From: Octopus sinensis
Lineage: Eukaryota
Length of the DNA: 64,000 bases
Direction: 5' to 3'
NCBI RefSeq assembly: GCF_006345805.1
Contig: NW_021832381.1
Location: 62,001-126,000, forward strand
Part shown: positions 23,760 to 37,591 of the stretch, one piece after another
How positions within the stretch are numbered: position 1 is the stretch's first letter
Layout of the letters: each line of letters opens with the position of its first letter
Translations under genes and position numbers: made by a program
Notes under the pieces: model-generated
Database searches by the model: none
The model's input: only the letters and a program-made list of their open reading frames with translations
What the model was told of the DNA's origin: nothing

Positions 23760-25990
23760 CATAATTATCAAAATAATTAGAATTTTTAACCGTCGTTAGA
23801 TCCGGTTGCGTCCACCCAGATCACCTGAGGTCTTGGCCGTTCTGAGGTCTTTTGCGTTTAACAGCAGCGGCAGGATAAACGCCTTAAATTTATCCATCTC
23901 CGCGATCTCCTATCCTCACTAACCCAAGAACCCGGGAGGGACTTGCCATCTTCCGTCACTCGTCTTTATTCGCACATTGTCTCGGGCGCAGTTTCAGCCG
24001 TCGACAGAGATCATTTCTCTGCTGGGCTCATTGTCTTGTCGAAGACCGAGAGTGGCGTGTGGCCCATTGCGGTCGGTAACGTTTTCAGGAAACTCTTGGC
24101 AAAAATAATGTCCCACAGGGCGGTCCCCTTTCTGAGTCTGTAGTTCCTTCCTTTTCAATATGTTGTCAGCGTAGCATAGGACTTGCCATTGTGTTAGTCA
24201 AAGCCCGAATACGGAAGTTCATTGTAAAACTAGACGTTAGTAACACTTTCAACTGCGTTCGTCGGGACCATCTGCTCGATGTGGTCTTGGTGAATTGCTC
24301 AAAGCTTTTTCAAATCGTAAAGCTGGCGTATTTTTTCTTTAGGTTCCTTTTGATCTATGACAAAATTATCATGTCCGAATGCGGTATTCAGCAGGGTGAC
24401 TGACTGGGCCAATTGCTGTTTGCCCTTTCTGTTGACTATATTGCACGTAACCCTGTTCAATGTTAACTTCTGGTATTTGGATGACGTGACGATACATGGA
24501 CACACAGAGGTCGTTATAGAGAACGTAAACAGAATCACTTTTAGTTTCTCCAAGATCAAACAATCTCTAAACGGCGGCAAATGTGAACTTGTCAATATTT
24601 CGCTCGCCCCTGGTCCTCTCGCCAATACATTTTCTTTTCTTTCCAGGCCAATTGATGGGTTGAGGCTTACTGTTAACAGCGATCTAATTATACTGGAGTC
24701 GCCAATTTCCGACCATGCTATAGCAAAACCTTATTGTCTGAATGAAACAAAACTAAACTGCTTACTGATCGGATTAGTGGGCTTGACTCACATCTGACGT
24801 TTTTCTTATTGAAAAATTTCCTTTTGGTGCCAAGACTGACTTACATTCTTCAGATCCCTCATATTTCGTTGCCGCTGATTTATTATCCAGAATCGACAAT
24901 TTCGTCCACAAATCCTTAACATTCCATCTCGATTCAAGGATCACTGGTAACGGTTTTACCCGTACCAGCCTACCTACACGTTTCGGGGAGATTGGGATTC
25001 GCTCTTGTGCAACCTGGCTTTGCCTTGTATCTTTATTCCACGTCGGCTTCCAGAAATTCCGTTTGCTCAGTTCTACATTTCTTTCTCCAACTTAACGAGC
25101 TCTTGGAATACTCCTCTGCCTGCCGTGCTTGCTGTTCACTTGGCCTTGATTTCCCTGCGATTCCTTCAGTCCACAGGGGGTGGGACGAGATCTTCTGATT
25201 AAATAATTTACGCAAACTCCGTTCAGAGTTGAAGCAACTTTAACTGGTCTTACTAAACTGCGTATGTCAGCCGCATACGGAAGACTGGCTCAAACCACTC
25301 ACAATCACCACCATGGGATTACTACTGGATTGATATGTGCTTACGTCTGGGTTTAAACATCTGTCAGCCCCACCCTTGCCGGTGAGTGTTTACAATTTCG
25401 TCAAACTGCTTGCACGTTTTGTCGTATAAGAAGAGCGGTGGTAGAATCCCTTCCCACACTCAACTCAATGACTATGTCGGATGGCTCTAGAGTCGGCTGG
25501 TTTCCCTTACACTCTAGAGCCAGTTGACCTTTTTCAGAGCGATGGCAAGCTCCCAGACGTTGTTTTTGTTGACGTTTATGTTTGTAAGCTTAAACATAGA
25601 TATTTTTTTCAAGTAACAAAAAAAGTCTATATGTTATTACACTGCCAATTACAAGAAACTCGTGGGATTTCATACACTAAACGAAAAGCTTATGTCAGAC
25701 TTCGGGTCTTCCTTTGACTTTGTCATCCGCTGTTGTCCATAAACAGATATCCTTTTCGATGTACATATGATCAAATATATTGCTATCCCTATCATTCCAA
25801 ATTGGAACTGGGTATTTTCACGTCACGACGGCCTAAGCCAGATCATCCTCCGGTCTCTAAAAATAGCAGGCTTCAGTTGGAGCATATATCGTAGAATACA
25901 GAAGATCGAATAAAATGACTACTTATCCGTTCAATAAGAAAATGTGTCTGGTTTGGGACCCAACACGAATAGACACATGACCGTGGAAAC
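23760..25990 (+). mobile_element. Degenerate CRE-like non-LTR retrotransposon
   Basis: GVWPIAVGNVFRKL, KLDVSNTFNCVRRD, GIQQGD, WYLDD, LRLGLNICQPHPC, EPVDL..SDGKLPD and CLVWD; many stops. Confidence 0.8.
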
Positions 25991-26029
25991 GCCAATGTCT
26001 AATTAAGAGAATTTTGATCATAAGCCATA

Positions 26030-27050
26030 TTTAGCTGATTCCGGCTATTGGCGATTCCATTGATCAAATTCATCCACGAATCCCTGTCCCTAACCAGCTC
26101 TACAATCTCCAAAAAACGATTTCCGGCTATTTTAACGACTTGTGATAAGCAAATTAATCATGGTCTTCTTTGTTTTTTTCCAGTAAACGCAGATACCAAA
26201 ATTTTCTTTTTATATCACCCACTCCAAAGTACGTGTCCCATGTATGAAAATTGTTTTTTCCATATTTTCGCCACAAGCGACAATGATGGTTTATTTTTTA
26301 CAAGAACTTTGTTATTTGATACTTTATCGTACCAATTTATTTTCAAAAGTTTGCGCCAGCTCTATAATTTCAATGAATCCAGTCCTAGAACAATGTCAAC
26401 AATTAACAACGATCAAAGAAGACGGAGTACAATTGCGTGGACAAGTCTTATCTTTGTCCTGAGACAGACATCTTTTTTACTTCAGATCCGATTAGATTTT
26501 ATTATCGTACTTCTGCACATGGTCGACCGTTTATTGATTTCCAAGACACAACCACCATCTCTACTTATCAGATTTAATAATATCCAATTTACCGGTACTA
26601 AATCATCTTACATTCCACGTTGCAATATTAAGATCATCAGTGATAAGAACAGGTCAGGAAATAAGCTCATAAAGATGAAATTTTTATCTAGCCATCATTC
26701 TGGTTTTTTATTCTCATGTAATTGTGTCCAAAACAGGGGTGATGTCCGCAACGAAGTCTCGCGAGAATCACGTTTCTTTTTTGGAAATAATGCCAAGACT
26801 CACTTAGTTAATATAATCAAAATTTTGTATAATATTTAGCACCGATGCTCAGCCACGACGATAAAGTGAAGATGGCCGTCGCTTATGGTGTGACCCTAAG
26901 AGGTCTTTCAGTTTTCTTTGTGCCGCATTCCTCCCAATTTCAGAGTGGAATGGGGTTAAATAAATAAAATGGCCTTCGCTAACCATGTCCACAAGATCTA
27001 GATATCTTTTTCCTAAAGCTCGTGAATTCACATTGATTCGAAATCAAAGA
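26030..27050 (-). mobile_element. Degenerate RTE LINE (EN start plus RT C-terminus)
   Basis: LNIATWNVR, KTKIRLVHAIV and SLVAKIWKKQFSYMGHV; same family as 15291-17107. Confidence 0.75.
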
Positions 27051-27319
27051 AATTACGGTCTCTAATTTCTAGTTTGTGAGTCTGAAGCAAAATCCGATGT
27101 TAAAAGAGTAGCAAATTTTTTGAATAGCTTTTTTATTGATGTGACTTGTTAAGATTTTATTTTGATTTAATTTATAACTAATCATTAATTTTCATATTTT
27201 AAACAATAAAAATAAATTAGTCAATCTTGAATTCCAGTTAGTGGTGTTTTACTGTGAAATACCGCAAGAAATTATAGCTAAAGTCTAATTTGTAATTTAT
27301 TTTGAATAGACCGCCGTAT

Positions 27320-30300
27320 ATGAATTCTATAAAGGAAAATAAAATAAAAACCAATTCTGAAGCTTCTCTAGAAGACTACATATCTTTAAAAATACTTGTT
27401 AAAAATATATGTATACGCTGTTCAGCTTAATATAAGGTTCATCTATTGGTTCTAAAAAATATCGACTTTTATATAAACATGTGTTCTCACTTAGTAAACC
27501 TTACGAACTTAAAGTCGGTCATTGTCAACCTTGTTACATCCGTTATTGCAACGAAGACAGTGTTTTATGGGGAGGATTCCAAGCACACAGACAAGTTGAA
27601 TTTCTTTGTAATTTTAAAGATTTTTGGATTGCTTTGTTTCGCGTCGGTACCTAAAACCAGTCACGAATTAAATAAATTTGTCGGTGAATTCAACAAACTT
27701 AAAAAACAATTTTCTGAAACCTTAATCAACTATCATCTGTTTTTTGTCACATTGGAGAACTCTGAGAATAAAATAGGCAGTACAACATTATTTAGAAGAG
27801 CCAAATCAACAGATAGTACAACAAACATGTCTTTTGCTCCAATTGTGGACGACATGGCAATTCCAGATCTTTCCAAAACTTGGTTTTGTGAAGCGTTGAA
27901 AGACAGAAAGTCTACTATGTCATTGCTGTCAATGAAATATGAAGACGATCTCAAATTATTTGTTGATCAATTTTGCTATCAAATTGGCTGTGTTTTGTAC
28001 AAAAAAGTGTTCAATTGGATGGACTTGGACAGTGAAACAGCGTTTTCACCAACTCCATTTGAAATTGATACCGAGTGTTTGTCTAATCTGTCAAAAAAGT
28101 TTTAAAATACTAATTTTATACCAAGAGAACTAAAAAAATATACATTGGTTAGAAATCGTAAATATGTGGCTGATTTAAGTCTATTGATTGGATCTTATGA
28201 CAGGGCAATGCTTTTATATCAAGTTGCCTATGATCTGATAAAAGATTTTGATTTCATATACTGGATTGCTGGTTTCTAATAAATATTGAATCTATAGGAA
28301 TTCTTGAGGGAATTGTAGTAGCTTCTAATTATTCTTCCAAAAAGTTTTTCAATTTTAACAAAATTATAGAAATGTTCTTACGAAAAAATTGCAGCTGACA
28401 GGAAATTTTCTCGACAATTTGATTCAAGTTTTGGATGCTTACGAGAAAGTACAAATATTTGATTATAATACAGACTGAATGGTCATATATTGTCGAATGT
28501 GAGGCGGCGATTGTTGGATTTAATTACGCAATTTCTTCCAAAGTAGATTAATATAGTTTATCCGCTTCAGAATATTGAAAAGGCTCTTTATTTTGCAAGT
28601 CGGTCAGCCAGGATATTGACATCAACAAAAGGGGTCGACAAGGTTTTTTTTATATTTCTTCATTTATAAAGACCCATTTTTATCAACAACATGCAAAATT
28701 TTATCTACTAGCGAAATGTAGGCGAAAAGAAGCATTCTTCCACAGAATGAACATGTTGCATATGATTTCTAATGAAGAGGATGCAGAAAGAGCACATTTT
28801 TTGATTTTAAAGACCGCGAATGTGTTTGGAATGTTTGAAAAAACTCAAATTGGTAAACCTATATGTAGTGATGATAGTTTGGCCACTAATTACAGCGGAT
28901 ATAACTGACATGCTAATACAATCTGTTGATAAACTTGAACATTCCAGTTTTCTTAGTCCGCAATTGGCCTCAATGGCTAGATTACGATATATTCAGAATG
29001 GATTGTGCCATTTCTTTTACCACAGGGCAATCCAGTCGAATGAATGCTTTAATACATTTGTTGAACTGCTTCCAGCACAATCACAGTGTGAAGAATTGTC
29101 TGAGATTTTTATGGGATATCCAATTTCCCCACTTACACTTGAGCACGTCATAGAAATACGGTAAAAATTTAATGTCTATAAAAGCAACATAAACTGCCAT
29201 CAATTGCCTTCAAATTTAACTCCTCATCCTTTCAAGAGAGAAATAGGTCAATCTCCTTTTATTTATACTCCCAACGTTAAGTCTAATGTGTTGTGGGTGA
29301 AGCAATGTGTTAATGTTGTGAATGTCGAGTTATATAACCCATGTCCATTCACTGTTGATATTTCAAATTTGGTATTACGCATTTTTATAGTTTTTAGATT
29401 CCTTCTTTCAGTGGACCAGAGGTATTCATTCCATCCGTGTCATTTTCTATCATTGGCCACTCTCATTACTCTGTTCCTCTAAGGGTCCTTCCCCTTTCTA
29501 CAGGCTTGCTACAGATTGATGGTTATACCTTATTTTAACTCAAATTTAGGATTGAATTTTTTAATTTTTGGCATTGATGTTACTTTGAAAGTTCACCAAT
29601 TCTCAGCTGTGGAAGTTGTAGACGAACTTCCTATTTTATTTCTTATCCAAGATTTTGAGGTTCCTAGCAAAAGTGTCTCATTCGATTTTGAAAATCATAT
29701 TGGACGAATACATTTAGATCTTGTTTCATCGTTTGTTCTTTCTTTAACAAATAGTACCAACATGTCAATATGTCTTAGCAATGCTTCGAATGTCCCAATA
29801 ACATATATTGAACACACCACCAGACCATTCAGTCCTGGTGAATTCAAATTTGAGATGTCATCTGTGAATAATCCACCTATAATTCCACATTCTAACTTCC
29901 ATGTTGAATTTTCGGTTTCCTGTCCTGTATCTCATTCTACACATCACATAATTGAACATTCAATTATGTATTCTTCTAATATGGAATATTATCGACTGTT
30001 GCGGTTGGAAATTGAGTTGGAAAAGCGTGTTCCTTTCTTTGTTCGAGAATATTTTATTCGAACATGTGGCCCACCTTTGTTTTCATTTGTTGTTATTAAA
30101 TTAGTTCACACTCATGTGTATTCTTTACTGTTGTAACCACAGTTGAAAAAGTGAATATTTCTATTCAAAATGATTCTGCTGTAGAGCTTGATAAGCATGT
30201 ACATAAAAAGTTTTATTTTAACTCTTTGATTACAGTTTTGTAGTTAAAGTCGAATGCTTGAACTATATGGAAATGCCTTGGAAGGAGAGCGAGGCTAATA

Positions 30301-30856
30301 AAGCAGTTATTGCTTATTTGCAGTCTCAGTTAGCTATCTACTTTATAATTGATGGTGTCTCTATTCCTTATAACATATTTGAGCTTCCGTGGACAAGTAA
30401 ACAATTAAGTGGAGCTTATTATCGTCCATTTCGTGATTTAAGTTTGTTTTTATAGTTTATTCACCAGGATGTGAATTTGTTGGTCCATACTTCATAGATT
30501 CGGAATTAGTGATGCCTGTTGATGACATATTTTTCACGGATGCTCATATTTTTGACATATCATTTCCCGCTGTAGTATATTCGGCTATGTGGAAGCTCAT
30601 AGTCACACCAATTAGTTCTTCGGATGACTTTAAGGCTGATTTTATATGTATTGGGTCATTGACTAAGCCTCTTAATCTGGTATTTGGATTTCTGACCTAT
30701 CTGTAGGAAATAAATGGCACAAAGTCCCATGAGGATTTTACTTGTCAACTTGTTTTTTTAAGATCAGGATCATATATTGTTGAGTTATTTATTGAGATTT
30801 CCAATGATGAGGCTATTTTGTATGAAATCTTGTCGGCTTGTTTTAAAGTATGCTGA
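27320..30856 (+). CDS. TRAPPC9: Trafficking protein particle complex subunit 9 (NIBP/Trs120)
   Basis: WGGFQAHRQIFGL, RNRKYVADLSL, YWIAGILEG and SPFIYTP..WV..V.LYNPCPF; GT-AG introns of 24-29 nt reconstruct one frame. Confidence 0.88.
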
Positions 30857-31539
30857 TATGGCTCGGAATATGCATTATATATATTAATATTAACTTCCCC
30901 TTATTCTAGATTTTATTGATTCAAAATATACCAAATAAATTATTTTTAGTTTCTGTTTTTGTAATTTGATGCATTTTGTTACATCATTTTTTTTCTTAAG
31001 CAGTACGTTCACTGCACGGGTGAGGAGGTAGATCTAGATTCAGGAGTCTTCCTCTTAACATGCATCGATAACCCGTGCCTCGTCTCAACTTGCATGCTCA
31101 CTAAGGTTTTTTGCAACACGAGTGTTCGGATATATGCATTCATCTTATTCTTCACATCAAGCGCTTCCAGAATTTTGATAAAATTCCGTTGCAGGTCATA
31201 ATGAAAGGGATGATTTATACTTTCCCTTGCTGCTCAGCAAATTCGGTAATGTCAATTTATTTAGATTTCCAGTATTGTACTTTCGAGATAAGAATTATGC
31301 GATATTAGCCATATGTGTTTTTTTGAATTAATGACCCTCAGCATGCGTTCCACATACAAATCGAAACACAAAAAAGTAGCCAGAAAATTGGTCTACTATC
31401 TCTAATAAAAAAAGCCCAGACTACAATGTAAAAAATAAGTTTACCTAAAAAATCAAAAAACTCCGAACTCCACTATAATCTTGGCCGTTACTGAGAACGT
31501 CAAAAAAGCTAGTATGCTAAATTCGCACATTGATTCCCT

Positions 31540-31990
31540 ATTCAACATACATACTGAAATCGACCAAAAACTGAAACCTTTGATACCTGACAAATCCACA
31601 TTAACAAACCCAATAAGTGTCTCGGAAATTCTGTAAGCCATTATAAAACTGAACACCGGAAAATCTGCAAGGCTAGAAAATATACCAGCAGAACTCTTAA
31701 AACATGCCATAGAGGAGCTAGCTGCAATATTTTCAATCGGTCTCTCCGGAAAGACACTTCAGTGGATCTGAAAAAGATGGCTAATACCATTACAAAAACT
31801 CGGAAGGGTAAAGACACCGTTTTCAATCTTAAAAATCTATTATTGAAGCGCACTAATTGAGTTTAGTGCTCTCGTTGGCAACACTTATGAAATTTATGTG
31901 GACGATCTAAACTTTTTTTCTGAGAATATTCAAACACTCGACTACAGTCTCAACAAACTTCTACAGTATTTTCGAGATAGTTTTTGTTCG
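31540..31990 (+). pseudogene. Degenerate LINE RT fragment
   Basis: GKSARLENIPAELLK and IYVDDLNFF; frameshifted. Confidence 0.55.
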
Positions 31991-32198
31991 TAAACTCCGT
32001 TTTGTCGGAGTTTACGATCGAAGAATAAAGGAATCATTTTGACAATCACTGACATTGATGAATCCTTCGCAGCGCTAAATTCGCACATTGATTCCCTATT
32101 CAACATACATACAACTAGGACAACCACAAAGTTGACCTAAACAAGCAAAAGTCAACAAAATTGATTCAAAAAAGAGGAAATTTGACCAAAATGTAGAC

Positions 32199-33950
32199 CA
32201 GTGTTTCCCAAACTTTTTCTTTTTGTTGCCCCCTTTAATAAACTTTTTAACAATATCGCCCACCATGAAAATTTACATGGAAAAAAAGAAAAAAATAAAT
32301 TTATAACAACAATCAATGAGAACAATAACGTTTTATGAATTTAGAAACAAGTTCTTCTGCATTTGGCTTTATGTTCGTAAGACGAAGCCGTAAATCTCCT
32401 CTCTCAGTAACGTCTAAGCGTTTCGACTTTTGGTAACAAGTTAAGATACAACTCTAAAGCTTCTCTCGACCAAGTAAGAAGCAGGAAAAGCAATAAAAAA
32501 ATAATTTAGCTTTCTCCCATAATACAGGATTTTCCAGGAATATCCGCCTGGAGCCAAAAACCCTAAATCTAACCCTTGTTAAAATGTTGGTTTCAATTCC
32601 CAATCATTTTTCAATACAATTAGTTCCAGTTGACAACAAGATTCGACGTCGTCGATATCTTGAAAAAAATCTATGATCCAGTCCGGAACTTCTAGTTTGC
32701 ATAAATCTTTGAAACGCTGCTTCACATCATTTTCAAGAGTGATTAAATGTTCAACATAATTTTCGAGATCGTCTTCAGAAAGTAGGTTTTTAAGATTGTA
32801 AGACGTGGGAATTTGCTTAACTCATTTCTACCAATATTTCTACAAAACAAGGATAATATTGAAATAAAAGCAGTAATGAGTGACTTTGCATAAATTAGAA
32901 TAATATGAGAAAAATTAACGAATACCTTTATTAAGTTAGTATCGGCGAATTGTAGTTGTGCGTTAAGTAAATTAAACTTAGCAAAAAATGTCTGCTAAAT
33001 AAGCAACATCATGTTTAACAGATTCTAGTTCTAGACCAAAGTGAGAGTTCAAAGATTTGAAGAATTCAACCACAGTGTCGAAGAAAGAGAATATACGTCC
33101 CAAATTGTCACCCTTTGATAACCACTTTACTTCTGTATGCATTAAAAGTCGTACAAAATCTTCATTATCGACACAAAGCTGGTAAAAAAACGTGAATTTA
33201 GCGAATTTGATTTAATTTTGTTAATAGAAGAAATAACTGTATTAAGAAAAGAATATAATTGAGCAGTTGTGTTTTTAGCAACTAAATGCTGCGGATGGAT
33301 CACACAATGAAAAGTCAGTACAGTTGGTACTTGTTGTTTTGGGAACACCATAAAACCACGATAGCAACCGATCATGGAAGGTGCCCTATCAGTTGCACAG
33401 GCAACTATATTCGTTATTGGTATATTTTTAAGAATCAAAAATTCGTTAACTGTGTAGAACATTGATTTCCCTTTATTATCGGTTTCTAGCATTTGTGCAA
33501 AAAGTAATTCCTGCATAACCCGGCCATCTTTGACAAAACGTAAATGTGCAAGTAACAAAGAGTCATTTCCAGGAAGTATTGACTCATCTAACTGTAGACT
33601 AAAATGCGTATTTTTCAATATCGAACACAAATTGTTTTCTACATCGAATGCCATGTCATCGATACGTCTCTGTACCGTGTTGGTACTTAGTGGAATCGAC
33701 TTAATGATATTCTGATGTGGTTGGTGCATAACCGTTGTCAGTACTTCGCGAATTGATGGAATTAGAAGTTCGCCAATTGTGTGAGGTTTACCAGATTTAG
33801 CGATGGGTAAAGCAATATTATATGATGCAATAAGACCATCATCATTCCTTCTACAATCAGCAGTAAATATATTTGCCCATTTCTGTTGATTTTTGTATTT
33901 TGTGAGTAGTCCTTTAAAATTTTGGGTTAGGAAAGTTTTTTATTGACCAG
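32199..33950 (-). mobile_element. hAT (Buster/Charlie, SCAND3/ZBED-like) transposon, 5'-truncated
   Basis: One TIR, CAGTGTTTCCCAAAC, at 32199. SGKPHTIGE, PLSTNTVQRRI, FSLQLDES, CATDRAPSM, HCVIH and RGDLRLRLTNIKP; disrupted. Confidence 0.85.
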
Positions 33951-34169
33951 TTATTTCAAGATTTGATTTTTAATTAAATAAAAATATAATGTTTTTTTTA
34001 ATATTTTATACACAAATCATATAAAATTAGTTATTTAAAATTTAAAAAGCACTTTTGAAGGGTATGTTGGTTTTGTGTATAATAAAATCAGAAACAGCTT
34101 TGGAAATTATTTAAACATGGTCTAATTTATTGTATGACTATTTTCAAAAAAATTTACGGACTTTTCAGC

Positions 34170-36330
34170 ACTTTGCTCTAATCCGGCAGCTTAAAGAATT
34201 CATCAACTTCGACCATCATCTTATTACAGTGTTTTTCTTCCGAGCAAACACTTTTAGGTCGTCCATAAAAACAGGCACATTCTCCTCCTCTCCAATTGAT
34301 TGTCACTGATCAAATTGTATGCCTCAATTTTTTGTTTACGGATTAACTTACAAGTTACAGTCCGACCCCCAAATGGGGCACCAAGTGCCCCAAATGCGGG
34401 GGTGCCCCAAAAACAGGGTTTGTTATTTTTTAAAAATTAAACCATTAATAAACATCAAAAAACATTTTTACTAAAATATTCAGTTATTTTCTTTTTATTT
34501 GTAGAGTTTTGTCTGATATTGTTCGTCAATTTCAGCCGAAAATCAAAAAAATCTCGGAGCATACTTGGTGCAACATTAGAAATTTTTTCTTCTAAATTGT
34601 TAAGCAGATCTTTTGTTTTTGCTACGACATTTTCACTATTTTCGGTTTCTGAATATGTATCATAAACATTATTGTTCATGTCTTCGCATTCTCCATCAAT
34701 TGTTTCGTTAACAACTTGATCTAAATGTTCATCTGTTAGACAGTTTTTTGTTGCATAAGAATCACGGTTCCTGTCGATTTTCTTCCAACAATTAACAATA
34801 CTTTTAGCATCTATTTTCTCCCATCCTTTTGAAATTAGCATCATAACCTGACGCAAATTTAATTTACCAATAGAATGTGTAAAATCGTTTTCGAAATCTT
34901 GAAAACATAAAAATTCCATTAAGAAAGAGGAATAATAATCTTTAAAAATCTTGATTATTCCCATATCCAAAGGTTGTAAATAGGGCGTTGTATTTTTCGG
35001 CAAAAATAAAAATTCGATGTTCGAACATTCGGCAGTTTTATGGCATCCCGCATTGTCAAGTATTAATAATATTTTTCTGTTGTTTTTGCAAAACGATTCA
35101 TTATAAGTGTAAGCCAACTCATAAAAGTCTTTCCAGTCATCCATGCATTTTGAGAAGATGAATACAATAACCAAAATCTTGAACATCAAAATTTTTTAGA
35201 CACCGAGGTTTTTATATTTTCCAATAATCAATGGATTAAGTTTTTCCCGATTAAACTGCAGCATAGAAGAACAGTGAGTCTTTCTTTCCCTTGTTTATAA
35301 CCAAAACACGGTTCGCCTTGTTCAACAAATGATTTTTGAGGAGTTCTTTTTTAAAAAGCGCAGTTTCATCACAATTAAATATATTCTCAGGTCCATATTT
35401 TAATACTTTCTGGTCATATTTTTCAAAATAATTTTTCACATAAGATAAATCACATGAAGCTTTTTCACCACATATTGACTTGAATTGAAGTTCATGCCGC
35501 AATTTAAATCTATCAAGCCACCCATTGGAAGCTTTAAAAGAAGTAAATCCAATTTTTGAAGCTGTAACTAAGGCAATTTTTTTCAAATAGGGCCTGAAAT
35601 CGGAATTTTATCTACGCGTAGTCTTTGAAATATTTCAAAGACTTGATCATCAAATTTATCTTTATCGGCTTTAAATGTGTCATATTCCTCAGAAATAGTA
35701 TTGCCGTGTTGCAAGAAAGGTACAATATTTCGTTTTATTCTTGATATTGTTCCTTTACTTGTGTTGTACTTTTTCATTAGTTGCCTCTCAGATAAATTTT
35801 TCTTCAAAATTTCTTTAGCAATCTTCAATTTAGTTTCGTAATCCATAACCACAACAATAAAAATATAAATTGAAAATAAAACAAAAAATAATTAATTTAT
35901 TATAATTTTATTTTATTTTTAATTCCTTATAAATGATTTTATGGTGCCCCAAAAATTCCATAATTTTTTATCGATTTTTTTTTTTTCTGCCAAAATGTAC
36001 TTTTGGAATAAAGTGCCCCAAATTGCGGGGGTGCCCCAAAATCCGAGGGTGCCCCACCCCTGGGGTCTGCCCCATTTTGGGGTCGGACTGTATATAGATT
36101 TGAGATGCAAGTAATCGGCCTCAGATCATTGGTTAAGTCACAAATTCCTTTTTTTGGAATGAGAGAGGTAATTCCGGTGTAGACCAACTCATCAGGTGTA
36201 TACTTTCCATATATAATCTCCGTGACTTTCTTACAGAGGTCATCGTGGACTGCACTGAAATTTCTTAGAAAAAAATTGTATATGCCATCACATTCGCAGA
36301 CGCTCTAATTTGGCAGCTGTTAATGATTTC
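34170..36330 (-). mobile_element. R4-like RT fragment interrupted by the pogo element
   Basis: CDGIYNFF..LIPKKG..RPITCISNLY on one side, and ISDNQL and FMDDLKVF on the other side of the TA insertion. Confidence 0.7.
34358..36090 (-). mobile_element. pogo/Tigger-type Tc1-mariner transposon with frameshifted transposase
   Basis: 23-bp TIR CAGTCCGACCCC(C/A)AAATGGGGCA and TA TSD; HTH/CENP-B (KASNGWLDRFK) and DDD motifs (IFNCDETAL, LILDNAGCH, LQPLDMGII) spread over three ORFs. Confidence 0.93.
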
Positions 36331-36643
36331 AATGATTGTCTCTTTTCAAATATCAGCAGTTGTGTTTTCAGCACCAGTCACTCGATTATCTAATAAAACC
36401 GAGCCCCGCACGGACTTTTGTTTTACCCAAATAGAATGAGAGACACTGACTCTGGTCAAACATAAACTGCGTATTCTTTTTTTCTTAGTCAAATTTCTTT
36501 AGATCTGCCAGTTAAGTTCAAAACACATATTATCACCCCGGAATTTTTTTCCTTGTTTCATAGGTTGCCAGTTTTTTCCACAATTTTTGCGTTATCATGG
36601 ATGCAGCTGACACCTTTAAACATGTCTTTTTTTGCCCTTCCGG

Positions 36644-36969
36644 TATCAATATTGGGTCAAAATGTGTCTCAATTCGTCACTAAATGATTTACTCGTTTTG
36701 TAATTATTAGTTGGTGGTGTGACCAACTCGAGTTCCTTTTTAAGTTTGGCAAGCTTTGCGTTCATAATTCCGATACGCTCATTTCTTTTACTGCGTCATA
36801 TGCTCATAGATGATGTCAGCCCCAGTCGAGGCATTTATACCAGCCAATATTTTTTTATTGAAAAACTGAGAGGGAATTCATCTACTTCCTCACTGGCTTT
36901 TCTTTTTAATTGATTCGTAGGTAAATCATTTAGTGACGAATTGAGACACATTTTGACCCAATATTGATA
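36644..36969. mobile_element. MITE with 49-bp perfect inverted repeats
   Basis: 36644-36692 is the exact reverse complement of 36921-36969; the outermost TA may be a TSD; no coding capacity recognised. Confidence 0.85.
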
Positions 36970-37591
36970 GACCCTTAGGTAGCGTTTCACAAAGCTCAGT
37001 CAGAAACAAAAAAAATTTGAACGTACCACAAGTATTATGTCGCGTCCCATGGTGGTTACGCATCCCATGCTGGCTACATGTCACCTGTCAATCAATCATT
37101 TTTACGAGGTCATTGGCTGTCAGATGTCATAATTAATGTGGTTTAATCATTCGTTACTCGTTTGGGCATATTTAATATTTTTAGCGTTATTATTCAATTT
37201 TCAACTCATTGGCCATCATGCGCGGAAATTGCCAGTCGATCCGCTGCGCATTTTAACTTTTTTCGTTTATTAACAAGTTATTTAAAAAAAAAATTTTCAA
37301 CATGTCCTCTTTAAAATGTATTCCCCTGTATATGTAATATGTCGCGAGCGACCGAGCACAGCGAGCGACCAATCTAGATGCGATCAATCAAAAAATATAT
37401 AAATTGACAAATACCGTTGAACTATTGAATTGTTTATTTTCTATGTAACAAACTCGTCACTAGATTAAAAGGGGGAGAGAAAAGCCAAACGAAACCAAGG
37501 AGACGGAAGAAACAAGTTTGTTTGCTGATTGGGGTCAACTCTAATGGGACACCAGATGTCCCTTCGATAAAAATAACGACCCCTTGCACCA

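Noticed and set aside
26048-26839. 263-aa plus-strand ORF
   Set aside because: Antisense shadow of a degenerate RTE; recognisable motifs are on the minus strand.
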